A DNA stretch of 64,000 bases from Solirubrobacteraceae bacterium (GTDB lineage Bacteria > Actinomycetota > Thermoleophilia > Solirubrobacterales > Solirubrobacteraceae), in contig DASYKG010000082.1 in NCBI GenBank assembly GCA_035995645.1, positions 14,205 through 78,204 of the forward strand. The letters are read 5' to 3'. Under the pieces are notes generated by a model that was given only the letters and a program-made list of their open reading frames with translations, made no database searches and was not told where the DNA came from. Shown here piece by piece: positions 1 to 9,675 of the stretch (within the stretch, counting starts at the first letter, position 1; every line of letters begins with the position of its first letter). Made by a program: the position numbers and the translations under genes.

Positions 1-834
1 GTCCGCGGTGTCCGGCGAGCGCTGCTCGTCCTGCGAATCGCCCGCACCGGCGGGCGCATCATTCTCGCCGGCGGGCGCATCGTCCTCGCCGGAATCGCCC
101 CGAGCAGCCTCGCCCTCGCCCTCGTCCTCGCTCTCGCCCGGGGCCGCGCGCGCCTCGGGTGTCTCGACGGCCTCTACGGCGGCCTCGTCCAGCGGCGACT
201 GCAGCGAGGTCGAGGCGACGTCGCCCTGCTCGCCTTCGGTGAAGACCTCGTCGGCGGCCTCGCCGGCGTCGGCCTTACCGGCCAGGACGGCTTTGGAGGG
301 AGCCATCATCATCGTCATGTTGCGCCCTTCCTGAATCGGGCGCTGCTCGACGACACCGAGCTCGGCGAGCTCCTCGGCAAGGCGGTCGAGGATCGCCGTG
401 CCGCGCTCCGGGTGAGTCACCTCGCGCCCGCGGAACATGATCGTCACCTTGACCTTGTCCTTGTGGCGCAGGAAGCGCTCGACGTGGTGCTTCTTGGTGT
501 CGTAGTCGTGCTCGGCGATCTTCGGGCGGAACTTGATCTCGCGCACGGTGATCTGCTGCTGGTGCTTGCGCGCCTGCTTGACCTTCTGCGCCTGCTCGTA
601 CTTGTACTTGGAGTAGTCGAGCACGCGGCACACCGGCGGGCGCGCCTCGGGGGCGACCTCCACGAGGTCGAGGTCGCGCTCTTGGGCGAACGTGAGAGCG
701 TCGGGCGTCTTCAGCACGCCGACCTGGTTGCCCTCGTCGTCGATCAGCCGAACCTCGGGCACGCGTATGCGCTCGTTGATCCTCGTCGTGTCCCGCTCTG
801 GCGGGCGCCGGTCGAACCTGCGGGGAACCGGCAC
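1..834 (-). CDS. infC: Translation initiation factor IF-3 with long acidic C-terminal tail (3' end outside window)
   Basis: Hand translation from GTG at 834: ...[22 protein letters not shown]...KYKYEQAQK...[17 protein letters not shown]...[12 protein letters not shown]. No stop before base 1; directly downstream of thrS. Confidence 0.95.
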   Translation of the reverse strand, partial: MPVPRRFDRRPPERDTTRINERIRVPEVRLIDDEGNQVGVLKTPDALTFAQERDLDLVEVAPEARPPVCRVLDYSKYKYEQAQKVKQARKHQQQITVREIKFRPKIAEHDYDTKKHHVERFLRHKDKVKVTIMFRGREVTHPERGTAILDRLAEELAELGVVEQRPIQEGRNMTMMMAPSKAVLAGKADAGEAADEVFTEGEQGDVASTSLQSPLDEAAVEAVETPEARAAPGESEDEGEGEAARGDSGEDDAPAGENDAPAGAGDSQDEQRSPDTAD

Positions 835-867
835 TAGCTATCCGTGTGAACGCGAGTCAAGCGGCTG

Positions 868-2859
868 CTAGGCGTCGCGCTCTGATGTTTTGCGGGGCTT
901 CAACGCGGGGGAGTATAGCTGTCCCTGCAGGCTCTTGGAGAACTCTTTCACCGTCGCCGAGCCAGCATCCGCGCCGTGATGCTCGCGCACCGACACCGCC
1001 TGCTGGCTCTGCTCGCGCTCGCCCACGACGAGCATGTACGGCACCTTGCGCAACTCCGCCTCGCGGATCTTTCGCCCGACCGACTCGTTGCGATCGTCGA
1101 GCTCCACGCGCACGCCATCGGCGCGCAGCTCGTCGCGCACGCCCGCGGCGTAGTCGTTGAAGCGATCGGATACCGGCAGCACGATCGCCTGCAGCGGCGC
1201 CAGCCACAGCGGCAGCTCGCCGCCGTAGTGCTCGAGCAGGATGCCGATGAAGCGCTCGAAGGAGCCGAGCAGCGCGCGGTGGATCATCACCGGGCGGTGC
1301 TCGGCGTTGTCGGCGCCCGTGTACAGCAGGTCGAAGCGCTCGGGCATCGAGTAGTCCAGCTGCACTGTTCCCAACTGCCACGAACGTCCGAGCGAATCGG
1401 TCATGTGCAGGTCGATCTTCGGCCCGTAGAAGGCGCCGTCGCCGGGATTGAGTTCGTAGGGAAGGCCCTCTGACGCGAGCGCTCCGGCGAGCGCGGCCTC
1501 GGCGCGGTCCCACATCTCGTCTGAGCCGATTCGCTGCTCGGGCCGTGTCGAGAGCTCCAGGCGCGGCTCGAAGCCGAACAGGCGGTACAGGTCAAAGCCG
1601 AAGCGCAGGCACTGCACGACCTCTGACTCGACCTGCTCGTCGGTGCAGAAGATGTGCGCGTCGTCCTGGGTGATGTGGCGCACGCGCAGCAGTCCGTGCA
1701 GCACGCCGCTGGCCTCGTGGCGGTGCACGAGACCGGCCTCTGAGTAGCGCACGGGAAGGTCGCGGTAGGAGTGGCGCTCGTCGTTGTAGATCTGGATGTG
1801 CGCCGGGCAGTTCATCGGCTTCAGCCCCATCGGGCGATCCTCGACGTCGGTGAAGTACATGTTGTCCTTGTACTTGTCCCAGTGCCCGGACTGCTTCCAC
1901 AGCTCGACGTCGTAGAGGATCGGCGTTTTCACCTCGCGATAGCCGCGCGCGAGGTTCTCCGATCGCCACAGCTCGCTCAGCGCGTTCCAGATCGCCATGC
2001 CGGCGGGCTTCCAGAAAGGGCTCCCGGGCGAGAGCTCGGAGAACATGAACAGTCCGAGCTCACGGCCGAGCTTTCGGTGGTCTCGGGCCTTGGCCAGCTC
2101 GATGCGCTCCAGGTGCTGCTCGAGTTCCTGCTTGGAGAAGAAGGCCGTCCCGTAGATGCGTGTGAGCATCGTGCGCTCGGAGTCCCCGCGCCAGTATGCC
2201 CCGGCAACCGACTGCAGCTTGAATGCGCCGATCGACTTGGTGCTCGGCGCGTGCGGCCCGCGGCAGAGATCGGTGAAGGCGCCATTGGTGTACAGCGAGA
2301 CGCTCTGCAGCGGGCGCTCGGCCGGCGCGTTCTCGACGAGGTCGTCGATCAGCTCGACCTTGTAATCCTGCGCCTCGGCGGCGAAGCGCCGGCGAGCCTC
2401 GGCCGGCGAGACCTCGCGCCGCTGGAAGGGCTCGGCGGCCTTCGCGTGCTCGCGCATGCGAGCTTCGATCTGCGGGAAGTCGGCCTCGGAGATCGTCACC
2501 CCGGCGGGGAACTCGAAGTCGTAGTAGAAGCCGTCGGCGATCGGCGGGCCGATCGAGATCTTCACGGCGCCGTAGAGCTCGAGCACGGCCTCCGCGAGCA
2601 CGTGCGCGGCATCGTGGCGGATCAGCTGCAGCGCCTTCTCGCCGTCCTTCTTGGTGACGATCGCCAGGGACGCGCCGTCGGCGAGCGGGCGCGAGAGATC
2701 GCGCAGCTCGGCCTCCTCGCCCCCCTCCGGGTGGCTCACCTCGACGGCCAACGCCGCGCGCGCGAGGCCTGGACCGATCGCCGCGGCAGCGTCGGCGCCG
2801 GTCGCGCCGTCGGGCAGCTCCAGCGCATTGCCGTCGGGAAGTGTCACGGTGACCGCCAT
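868..2859 (-). CDS. thrS: Threonine--tRNA ligase
   Basis: TGS N-terminus, RHDAAH, DLCRGPH, ARDHRKLG, LKPMNCP, FYGPKID, HRALLGSFERF; thrS-infC synteny. Confidence 0.98.
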   Translation of the reverse strand: MAVTVTLPDGNALELPDGATGADAAAAIGPGLARAALAVEVSHPEGGEEAELRDLSRPLADGASLAIVTKKDGEKALQLIRHDAAHVLAEAVLELYGAVKISIGPPIADGFYYDFEFPAGVTISEADFPQIEARMREHAKAAEPFQRREVSPAEARRRFAAEAQDYKVELIDDLVENAPAERPLQSVSLYTNGAFTDLCRGPHAPSTKSIGAFKLQSVAGAYWRGDSERTMLTRIYGTAFFSKQELEQHLERIELAKARDHRKLGRELGLFMFSELSPGSPFWKPAGMAIWNALSELWRSENLARGYREVKTPILYDVELWKQSGHWDKYKDNMYFTDVEDRPMGLKPMNCPAHIQIYNDERHSYRDLPVRYSEAGLVHRHEASGVLHGLLRVRHITQDDAHIFCTDEQVESEVVQCLRFGFDLYRLFGFEPRLELSTRPEQRIGSDEMWDRAEAALAGALASEGLPYELNPGDGAFYGPKIDLHMTDSLGRSWQLGTVQLDYSMPERFDLLYTGADNAEHRPVMIHRALLGSFERFIGILLEHYGGELPLWLAPLQAIVLPVSDRFNDYAAGVRDELRADGVRVELDDRNESVGRKIREAELRKVPYMLVVGEREQSQQAVSVREHHGADAGSATVKEFSKSLQGQLYSPALKPRKTSERDA

Positions 2860-2982
2860 TCAGCGGTGCAGGCTATCCGCCACGTGCGGCGCAGCGTCGA
2901 CCACGCACGCCAGCGGTTCGATTCGAGCGCCAATTGAAAAACACCTATGCAGACTATCGTCTGCATCTGCGAAGATCACAGC

Positions 2983-3420
2983 ATGACTGACCGCGGGCAG
3001 GCCCAGATAACGATCTCCCTCTCACCGACGCAGGTCGACTCGGTCGTGCGCGCTGCTTCGCACGGCCAGGCGCCGAGCATCGCGGCGCTGGTCGCCAGCT
3101 CACTCGCACGCCCGCGCGGCAACACCAACGGCAACGGCAACGGCGCATCACCGGCGCCGTCGGGCAGCGGCCGGGCAGATGCGGGAGCCGACGCGGTAAC
3201 CGACGACGTCGACGATCCGCGCCTGTCGCGCTCGCTGCTGCGCGGCTTCGCGCTGCTCGCCGGCTTCGGCCCCGACGGCGGCGAGCGCGGAATCGTCGAG
3301 CTGGCGCACGAGCTCGGCATGAGCCCGAGCACGGCGCACCGCTACGCGCTCACGCTTGTCGAGCTCGGGCTGCTGGAGCGCTGCCCGAGAACGCGCAAGT
3401 ACCGTCTGCCGGCCCTGTAG
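2983..3420 (+). CDS. IclR-type HTH protein (C-terminal HTH only, no effector domain)
   Basis: SRSLLRGFALLAGF...GIVELAHELGMSPSTAHRYALTLVELGLLE. Confidence 0.75.
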   Translation: MTDRGQAQITISLSPTQVDSVVRAASHGQAPSIAALVASSLARPRGNTNGNGNGASPAPSGSGRADAGADAVTDDVDDPRLSRSLLRGFALLAGFGPDGGERGIVELAHELGMSPSTAHRYALTLVELGLLERCPRTRKYRLPAL

Positions 3421-3493
3421 CGCCTCGCAGCGATGTGCCGCGCGACTCCCGGCTGTCCGGCCGAGAGGCGCGCGTCCGGCGGATCGATTCGCT

Positions 3494-4186
3494 TCAGGCG
3501 GGCGCGCGCAGCAGCTCGGGCCCCTCGGCGTCGGGATCGGGCTTGTTGACGGCCGGATTGGCCGGTGAGGCGGACAGGCGCGACTCGTCCAGCGCCCCGC
3601 ACAGCGCGAGCGCTTCGTCGGCGTCGAGGCTGTCGTCGAGCCATGCCTGCTGCGCTGCGCGATCGGCGAGGATCACCGGCATGCGGTCGTGTATCGCCGC
3701 GGCCACGCGGTTGGGCGCGGCGTCGCACGTCAACAGCGCGACGCTCTGCAGCCACTCGCCGTCGACCTTCGCCGGCGTCCACAGCGCGGCGAAGGCGAAG
3801 GGAACGCCGCCGTCGACGCGGAACAGAAAGGGCTGGCGTGGCGCGTCGCGTCGCTCGGGTTTGAGCCACTCGTAGTAGCCGTCGGCGATCTGCAGCGCGC
3901 GCCGCGAGCCCTTCGGTATGAGCGCGCGATAGGCGGGCCTGCTGGTGACCGTCTCCAGCTTGGCGTTGATCATCTTGTAGGCGCCCTTGAGATCGTGCGC
4001 CCACGGGGGAATCAGCCCCCAGCGCAGCAGGCGCGCCTCCGGCTCGCCCTTGGGCGAGACGATCGCGAGCACCTCTTCGCTCGGCGCGATGTTGTAGCGG
4101 TGCGTGCCCGTCTCGCCGGGGAACGGCACCTTGAAGCGTTCGTTGAGTTCCTGCAGCCCGGCCGTGTTGGTGTAGCGACCGCACAC
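3494..4186 (-). CDS. SOS response-associated peptidase (SRAP/YedK family)
   Basis: GTG start gives the (M)CGRY N-terminus; RYNIAPS, LRWGLIP, INAK, ADGYYEW, IHDRMPVIL. Confidence 0.93.
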   Translation of the reverse strand: MCGRYTNTAGLQELNERFKVPFPGETGTHRYNIAPSEEVLAIVSPKGEPEARLLRWGLIPPWAHDLKGAYKMINAKLETVTSRPAYRALIPKGSRRALQIADGYYEWLKPERRDAPRQPFLFRVDGGVPFAFAALWTPAKVDGEWLQSVALLTCDAAPNRVAAAIHDRMPVILADRAAQQAWLDDSLDADEALALCGALDESRLSASPANPAVNKPDPDAEGPELLRAPA

Positions 4187-4283
4187 GCGCTCAGAATAGG
4201 CGCATGGCAAAGCGCGCCGGAGAGGCCCCGCAGGATGCGGGGCCTCTCGCGCAATCGAGGCGAGCCGTGCGGGCTGTTCCCAG

Positions 4284-5087
4284 CTAGCCGGTTTCGACCT
4301 TGAACAGCGGCTGGTCGCCAGCCCAGCAGCCAGCGTCGAGCCGGAACGTGCCCGTGCCCGTGAGCCCGTTGTCGCAGTAGGCCCCCGTCCATGTCGAGTT
4401 GAGGTAGGCGTCTTCGGGCTGCGGCTGCGAGCCGACGGTCGGCGTTCCCGTGAGACCCAGGTTCAGCGAGTCGTACGGACCGCCCGCGGGCGTTTTGGAA
4501 CGTTGCGGTTCCGCGCCGAAGTCGCTCGTGTTGTAAGCGACGCTGATGATCGCCTGGCTGGGAAGCGAGACGCCCTTCAGCACGAACGCGATCTTGAACA
4601 GCTTGCCGTGGAAGCAGCTGCCGGCGCGATACCAGCCTCCGTTGCCAGGGCACTTAGTCGCGTTGGCCGACGGCCGGTAGGGCATCTTGAACGTCCTCGT
4701 CAGCGACGCGATCTGTGTACCGACCGTATTGCCGAGTCCGACGGTGTAGATGTGCAGCGTCACGGGCCATTCGAATTTTGCGCCCGCGGCAGTCACGCAC
4801 GAACCGTCTTCGGCCCCTCCGCTTTCACACGCCCAGCTGCTCAGCGCGACGCTCACCTTCGTCGTCGCGGCGCTGGCGCCGGCGAACTGCACCTCGCTAC
4901 CGGCCTCCGACGTGGAGGTCGCCTCGAACGCCTGAGACGGCACATTGCCGGGCAGCGGACTCGGAATGTCGTTGTAGATCACGGTGCCGCTGGCGCTCGC
5001 GCCACCGGCCATGACAGCCAGAACGGCGGCCGTCGCGAGAAGCGCAGCGGCCAGCTTGCCTGCGCGCGCGGGAATCCTTCCAGTCAT
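4284..5087 (-). CDS. Secreted hypothetical protein
   Basis: Signal peptide (KLAAALLATAAVLAVMAGGASA); Gly/Thr/Cys-rich mature part; family not recognised. Confidence 0.7.
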   Translation of the reverse strand: MTGRIPARAGKLAAALLATAAVLAVMAGGASASGTVIYNDIPSPLPGNVPSQAFEATSTSEAGSEVQFAGASAATTKVSVALSSWACESGGAEDGSCVTAAGAKFEWPVTLHIYTVGLGNTVGTQIASLTRTFKMPYRPSANATKCPGNGGWYRAGSCFHGKLFKIAFVLKGVSLPSQAIISVAYNTSDFGAEPQRSKTPAGGPYDSLNLGLTGTPTVGSQPQPEDAYLNSTWTGAYCDNGLTGTGTFRLDAGCWAGDQPLFKVETG

Positions 5088-5306
5088 GTTGTCTCCATTC
5101 GTCTCTCTGTCCCGCCGACCGACGGCCGTTGGGAATGTGAGCCCCTCCGGGGGCCGTCGAGACGAAAGCCACGTTGGATCGGTGAGTTGTCCCTCCCCGT
5201 GCACCCGCCACCGTCACGCGGCGTGTTGCCCCCCATTGCAGCCCCCGTATCGACGCGGACGGTAATCGCCGCCGTCTTGATTGTCAACCCCCCCGCGCCG
5301 CTTGCG

Positions 5307-5954
5307 CTACTGGGCCGTTTGACGCGGCTCGCGCCACATGCGCCACTGCGCGGGCGCGCCGCGCCCGACCGTGAATTCCTCGGTCACGGCGAATCCGTGG
5401 CGTTCGTACAGCGCCCTGTTGCGCGGCGAGGAAGCCTCGAGAAAGGCCGCCACGCGCTCGCGGTCACAGCGCTGCAGGACGGGCGCCAGCAGCGCGCCGC
5501 CGAGCCCGCGGCCCTGCCACGGCGGATCGACGCCGAGGAAAGGCAGGTAGTAGTGCGGGGCGTGAGCCGGCTCGGCAGGGTGCCCGGATTCGAGCACGGT
5601 CAGCGCGCGCAGCACGCGCGGGGAGTGTCGGGCGAAGACCGCGAGCATCGACGGCAGCAGGCGCAGCTGCTCGACGACCCCGTGCTTCCAGCGCCCCGGC
5701 GGCTCCCACACGGCGACCCCGGCGACGCCGGCCGTCGTGAACGTCTGCTGCTCGGCCAGCCACACTCGGCGCAGGAACAGCTCGAAGCCGCGGCTGAGGA
5801 TCTTCATGCGGCGCACGTCGCCGCGCAGCACCCACGTGAAGACGGGATCGTCGAAGAACGCGCGCGCGAGCACGCCGGCCATCGCCGCGGCCTGCGCGTC
5901 GGGCGCCTTGCGCACCGTCGCCGCCTCCTCGCCGGCCGTTGCAATGTCGACCAT
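5307..5954 (-). CDS. GNAT family N-acetyltransferase
   Basis: LARAFFDDP, YYLPFLGVDPPWQGRGLGGALL, LEASSPRNRALYERHGF; GAGGAG SD before ATG 5954. Confidence 0.92.
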   Translation of the reverse strand: MVDIATAGEEAATVRKAPDAQAAAMAGVLARAFFDDPVFTWVLRGDVRRMKILSRGFELFLRRVWLAEQQTFTTAGVAGVAVWEPPGRWKHGVVEQLRLLPSMLAVFARHSPRVLRALTVLESGHPAEPAHAPHYYLPFLGVDPPWQGRGLGGALLAPVLQRCDRERVAAFLEASSPRNRALYERHGFAVTEEFTVGRGAPAQWRMWREPRQTAQ

Positions 5955-5964
5955 CGCAGGCTCC

Positions 5965-6399
5965 TCACGCATCGCGTTCGACAGCCGCCAGCGAGCGCTC
6001 GATCGAGCGCGTCAGCGACGCGCTGACGAGCGGCGCGAGGCCGGGGATCGGCGAGGCGATGCGGATGTCGTAGACGAAGTGCGTTCCGCCGCCGGCGGGT
6101 GTGAACTCCATCGTGCCCACGTGGCCGCGAAGCGGGCTGCCCTTGGTGATGCGATAGACGATGCGCTGCGGCGCGACGAACTCGGTGACCGTCTCCTCAA
6201 ACGGCGGCAGCGGGCCGATCTGCAGCCGGCGCAGCGAGCCGACGCCGTTGCGCTCGCCGTCGCCGTCGCGCAAGCGCGTGATCTTCGCGCCGAACACGGC
6301 GGCGAGGTTCTCGTGCTCGGCGAGGTGGGCGAAGATGCGCTCGGGCGGCTTTGCGAAGTCGTGCTCGATGTGCACATGGCGGGCCCGCACGCAATGCAC
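5965..6399 (-). CDS. SRPBCC family protein (start uncertain)
   Basis: PPERIFAHLAEHENL, GVGSLRRL, EETVTEFVAPQRIVYRI. Confidence 0.8.
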   Translation of the reverse strand: MHCVRARHVHIEHDFAKPPERIFAHLAEHENLAAVFGAKITRLRDGDGERNGVGSLRRLQIGPLPPFEETVTEFVAPQRIVYRITKGSPLRGHVGTMEFTPAGGGTHFVYDIRIASPIPGLAPLVSASLTRSIERSLAAVERDA

Positions 6400-6442
6400 C
6401 CTACTCCCACGCGCCGGCCGCCCGCGCGCCCGCGCGCGGCGC

Positions 6443-7300
6443 TCACACCGGCTCCGGCGCCTCGAGCGCCTGCAGGTGCTCGAGCACGCGCTCGACCCAT
6501 TCCTCGGAGACCTCGTCGGCCTGCACGGACAGCCGCGGCGCGCCGATCTGCAGGTCCTCGGGAGCGGCGATGCCGAGGTGCTCGAGCACGCTGCGCACGA
6601 CCGCGTCGGTGCTCTGCGCGAGCTCCTCGTATGTGACCTTCAGCGGCTCGTAGCCGAGACCGAGGAAGTACGCATCCCACGAGGCGTCGTGCGCGGTGAG
6701 CTGGCGCATCAGGTAGTTGATCGCACGGAAGGAGAAGACCGGCTCCGGGGCGCGCGCGTGACCCCCGTCGTCGCTTGCTTCGGCGTCGCGCCGCCACGCC
6801 TGCGTCTGCACGGCCTTCCACAGCGAGACCGCCTGGCGGACCTTGTCGCGGCGCGTGATCTGCACGTAGCGAAGCCCCGGAAAGGCGCGCGCCAGCAGGT
6901 CGGGCAGCGAGCGGCCCGCGTTGCCGTCGATGCCGCGCAGCAGCTCGGCGAAGTCGCCGAGGTAGCCCCACATGAGCTTGGCGCCGAACACGCCGTTGGG
7001 CGTCGTGCCCTCTGTGAGCGCCCACTGCAAGTACTGGTCGTAGGTCTCCGGACGCCACAGCGGGTTGGGCTTGGGCGCGCCCTCGAACATCTCGCGGAAG
7101 GCCAGGCGTTCGACGATGTTGGGGTGCCTATCGGGGTCGAAGTACTCGTGCGGGCGGCGCGGCACCCCCGAGCGCCGCAGCGCCTCGAAGTACTCCTGCG
7201 GGCGCCCCGCCAGGCCCGTCCGGTCGAGCTCGTGGCAGAGTAGTGTGCTGCCGCTTCGCGGCGTCGCACAGACCAGATAGGAGAGCATCGGCTTCATCAC
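6443..7300 (-). CDS. Stf0-family (trehalose 2-sulfotransferase-like) sulfotransferase
   Basis: PAPS-binding YLVCATPRSGSTLLC, PQEYF, TPNGVFGAKLMW, RRDKVRQAVSLWKAVQT. Confidence 0.88.
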   Translation of the reverse strand: MMKPMLSYLVCATPRSGSTLLCHELDRTGLAGRPQEYFEALRRSGVPRRPHEYFDPDRHPNIVERLAFREMFEGAPKPNPLWRPETYDQYLQWALTEGTTPNGVFGAKLMWGYLGDFAELLRGIDGNAGRSLPDLLARAFPGLRYVQITRRDKVRQAVSLWKAVQTQAWRRDAEASDDGGHARAPEPVFSFRAINYLMRQLTAHDASWDAYFLGLGYEPLKVTYEELAQSTDAVVRSVLEHLGIAAPEDLQIGAPRLSVQADEVSEEWVERVLEHLQALEAPEPV

Positions 7301-7325
7301 GCAGAAGCGGTTAGTCAGTCAACCG

Positions 7326-7353
7326 ATCATATAAATGATTTTTAATAATTATT
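7326..7353. promoter_or_regulatory. AT-rich divergent promoter with two palindromes (candidate operator)
   Basis: ATCAT-ATAA-ATGAT at 7326-7339 and perfect AATAATTATT at 7344-7353, between the divergent sulfotransferase and sulfatase. Confidence 0.5.
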
Positions 7354-7363
7354 TGAGAAGAAG

Positions 7364-8668
7364 ATGAACGCCCGGCCGAACATCCTCTACCTGCACTCGC
7401 ACGACACGGGGCGCTACATCCAGCCCTACGGCGAGCAGGTGCCGATGCCCAACGTGCAGGCGCTGGCCGACCGCGGCGTGCTGTTCCGCGAGGCCTTCTG
7501 CGCCGCGCCGACGTGCTCGGCCAGCCGCGCGTGCCTGCTCACCGGGCAGTACGGGCAGAGCAACGGCATGCTCGGTCTGGCCCATCGCGGATGGTCGCTG
7601 CGCGACTACAGCCATCACATCGTGCATACCCTGCGCGACGTCGGGTACACCTCGACGCTGATCGGCGAGCAGCACATCTCCAAGGACCCGCAGGCGATCG
7701 GCTACGACGAGGTCGTCAAGGTGCCGACCTCGCACGTGCAGGCGGTGGCCCCGCTGGCGATGGACGTGCTGCGCCGCGAGCGCGACAAGCCGCTATTTCT
7801 TTCCGTCGGCTTCTTCGAGACCCACCGCGAATTCCTCGGGCCGGGCTCGCTGCGAGACGTGCACTTCTCAAAGCCGCCGAACAACCTGCCGGACGCGCCA
7901 CAGGTGCGCGCGGACGTGGCCGCCTTCAAGGCCAGCGCGCGATCGCTCGACCACGGCGTCGGCGTGGTGCTCAACGCGCTCGACGGCGAGGGGCTGACCG
8001 ACGACACGCTGGTGATCTTCACGACCGACCACGGCATGCCGTTTCCCGGCGCCAAGGCGACGCTGTATGACCGCGGGCTGGGCGTCATGCTGATCCTCAG
8101 CGGCCCGGAACCGTTCGGCGGCGGGCGCGTGCACGACGGCCTCGTCTCGCACATCGACCTGTACCCGACGATCTGCGACCACCTGGGCATCGAGCGCCCG
8201 CCGTTTCTGCAGGGCGTGTCGCTGATGGCGCTGCTGCGCGGCGAGGTCGCGCAGGCGCGCGAGGAGATCTTCGCCGGCTCGACGTGGCACGCCGCGTATG
8301 AGCCCCAGCGCGCGGTGCGTACGACGCGCCACAAGTACATCCGCCGCTGGGGCGAGCGGCGCACGCCGGTCCTGGCGAACACCGACGATGGGCCGAGCAA
8401 GGACCTGCTGCTGGCGGGCGGCTGGGCCGAGCGCGAGATCGCCAAAGAGCAGCTGTACGACCTGCTGTTCGACCCAAACGAGGCCAACAACCTTCTAGAT
8501 GATGTCGGCTACGCCGACGTGCTCGCGGATCTGCGAGGACGGCTGCAGACGTGGATGAGCGACACCGACGACCCGCTGCTCGCCGGGCACGTCGACGCGC
8601 CGCCGGGCGTCGAGATCAACCTGCCCGATCAGCTGTCGGCGAGCGAACCGACGACGCGCATCGGCTGA
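7364..8668 (+). CDS. Sulfatase
   Basis: RPNILYLHSHD, CAAPTCSASRACLLTG (CxAxR), FTTDHG, LYDLLFDPNEANN. Confidence 0.92.
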   Translation: MNARPNILYLHSHDTGRYIQPYGEQVPMPNVQALADRGVLFREAFCAAPTCSASRACLLTGQYGQSNGMLGLAHRGWSLRDYSHHIVHTLRDVGYTSTLIGEQHISKDPQAIGYDEVVKVPTSHVQAVAPLAMDVLRRERDKPLFLSVGFFETHREFLGPGSLRDVHFSKPPNNLPDAPQVRADVAAFKASARSLDHGVGVVLNALDGEGLTDDTLVIFTTDHGMPFPGAKATLYDRGLGVMLILSGPEPFGGGRVHDGLVSHIDLYPTICDHLGIERPPFLQGVSLMALLRGEVAQAREEIFAGSTWHAAYEPQRAVRTTRHKYIRRWGERRTPVLANTDDGPSKDLLLAGGWAEREIAKEQLYDLLFDPNEANNLLDDVGYADVLADLRGRLQTWMSDTDDPLLAGHVDAPPGVEINLPDQLSASEPTTRIG

Positions 8669-8696
8669 GCGCCCGTCGCGGGCGGCTCGTGGCGGG

Positions 8697-9596
8697 CTAC
8701 GGCACGAGGATCAGCTTGCCGCGCGTGTGCCCGGCCTCGCTGAGCTCGTGCGCCTTGGCAACTTCGTCGAGCGGGAACGTGCCGGCGATCTCCGCGGCGA
8801 TCTCGCCGGAGGCGACGAGTGCGGCGATCTCCGCGAGTTGCCGTGCGTCGGGGCTCATGATCAGCAACTCCGCGCGCGCCCCGCGCTCGGCGGCCTCAGC
8901 CTCGGGCGGCGCCCCGGCGATGACGACGATCACGCCGCCCTCACGCACCGCCGGCACGAGCGTCGCGGTCGTCTCGCCGCCGACGGTGTCGAACACGACG
9001 TCGGCGTCGCTGACGACATCGGCGACGTCCTGCGCGTTGTAGTCGACGTACTCGTCGGCGCCCAGCGCGAGCACGTACTCGCGGTTGCGCGCCGAGCCGG
9101 TACCGATCACGCGCGCGCCGGCATGCTTGCCGAACTGCACCGCGAGGTGGCCGACGCCGCCGGCGGCGCCGGCGACGAGCAGCGTCTGGCCGCTCTGCAG
9201 GGCACCGCGGTCGAACAGCGCCTGCCAGGCCGTCAGTCCGGCAACGGGCAGCGCGGCGGCCTGCTCGTGACTGACATCCGCCGGCTTCTTGGCGATCGCC
9301 TGCGCGGGTGAGACGGCGAACTCGGCGTATCCGCCGTGGGGTGCGAAGCCGAACACGTCGTCGCCCTCCGCGAAGCCCTCTGCGCGCGACTGCTGAACGG
9401 TGCCGGAGATGTCGTTGCCGAGCACCGCCGGCAGGTCCTTCGGCGAGAGCCCGCGGCGGAACTTCCAGTCGATCGGGTTGATCGATGCCGCGCGCACTGC
9501 GATCAGCACCTCGCCGTCGCCCGGCTGTGGCGTGGGAACCTCCTCGACGCGCAGCACCTCTGGGCCTCCGGTCTCGCTGAGCAGCACTGCACGCAT
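8697..9596 (-). CDS. NADP-dependent oxidoreductase (MDR/quinone oxidoreductase family)
   Basis: AASINPIDWK, LVAGAAGGVGHLAVQ, GHTRGKLIL. Confidence 0.9.
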   Translation of the reverse strand: MRAVLLSETGGPEVLRVEEVPTPQPGDGEVLIAVRAASINPIDWKFRRGLSPKDLPAVLGNDISGTVQQSRAEGFAEGDDVFGFAPHGGYAEFAVSPAQAIAKKPADVSHEQAAALPVAGLTAWQALFDRGALQSGQTLLVAGAAGGVGHLAVQFGKHAGARVIGTGSARNREYVLALGADEYVDYNAQDVADVVSDADVVFDTVGGETTATLVPAVREGGVIVVIAGAPPEAEAAERGARAELLIMSPDARQLAEIAALVASGEIAAEIAGTFPLDEVAKAHELSEAGHTRGKLILVP

Positions 9597-9675
9597 CGCT
9601 TCCTCCTGGAAATAGGACTGCGGTCCAGCGAGTCTAGTCGCGGATCCCAGCCGCGCGGCGCGGCCTAGCGTCGCC

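Noticed and set aside
2860-2982. T-box riboswitch upstream of thrS
   Set aside because: No T-box consensus or antiterminator recognised in the short leader.
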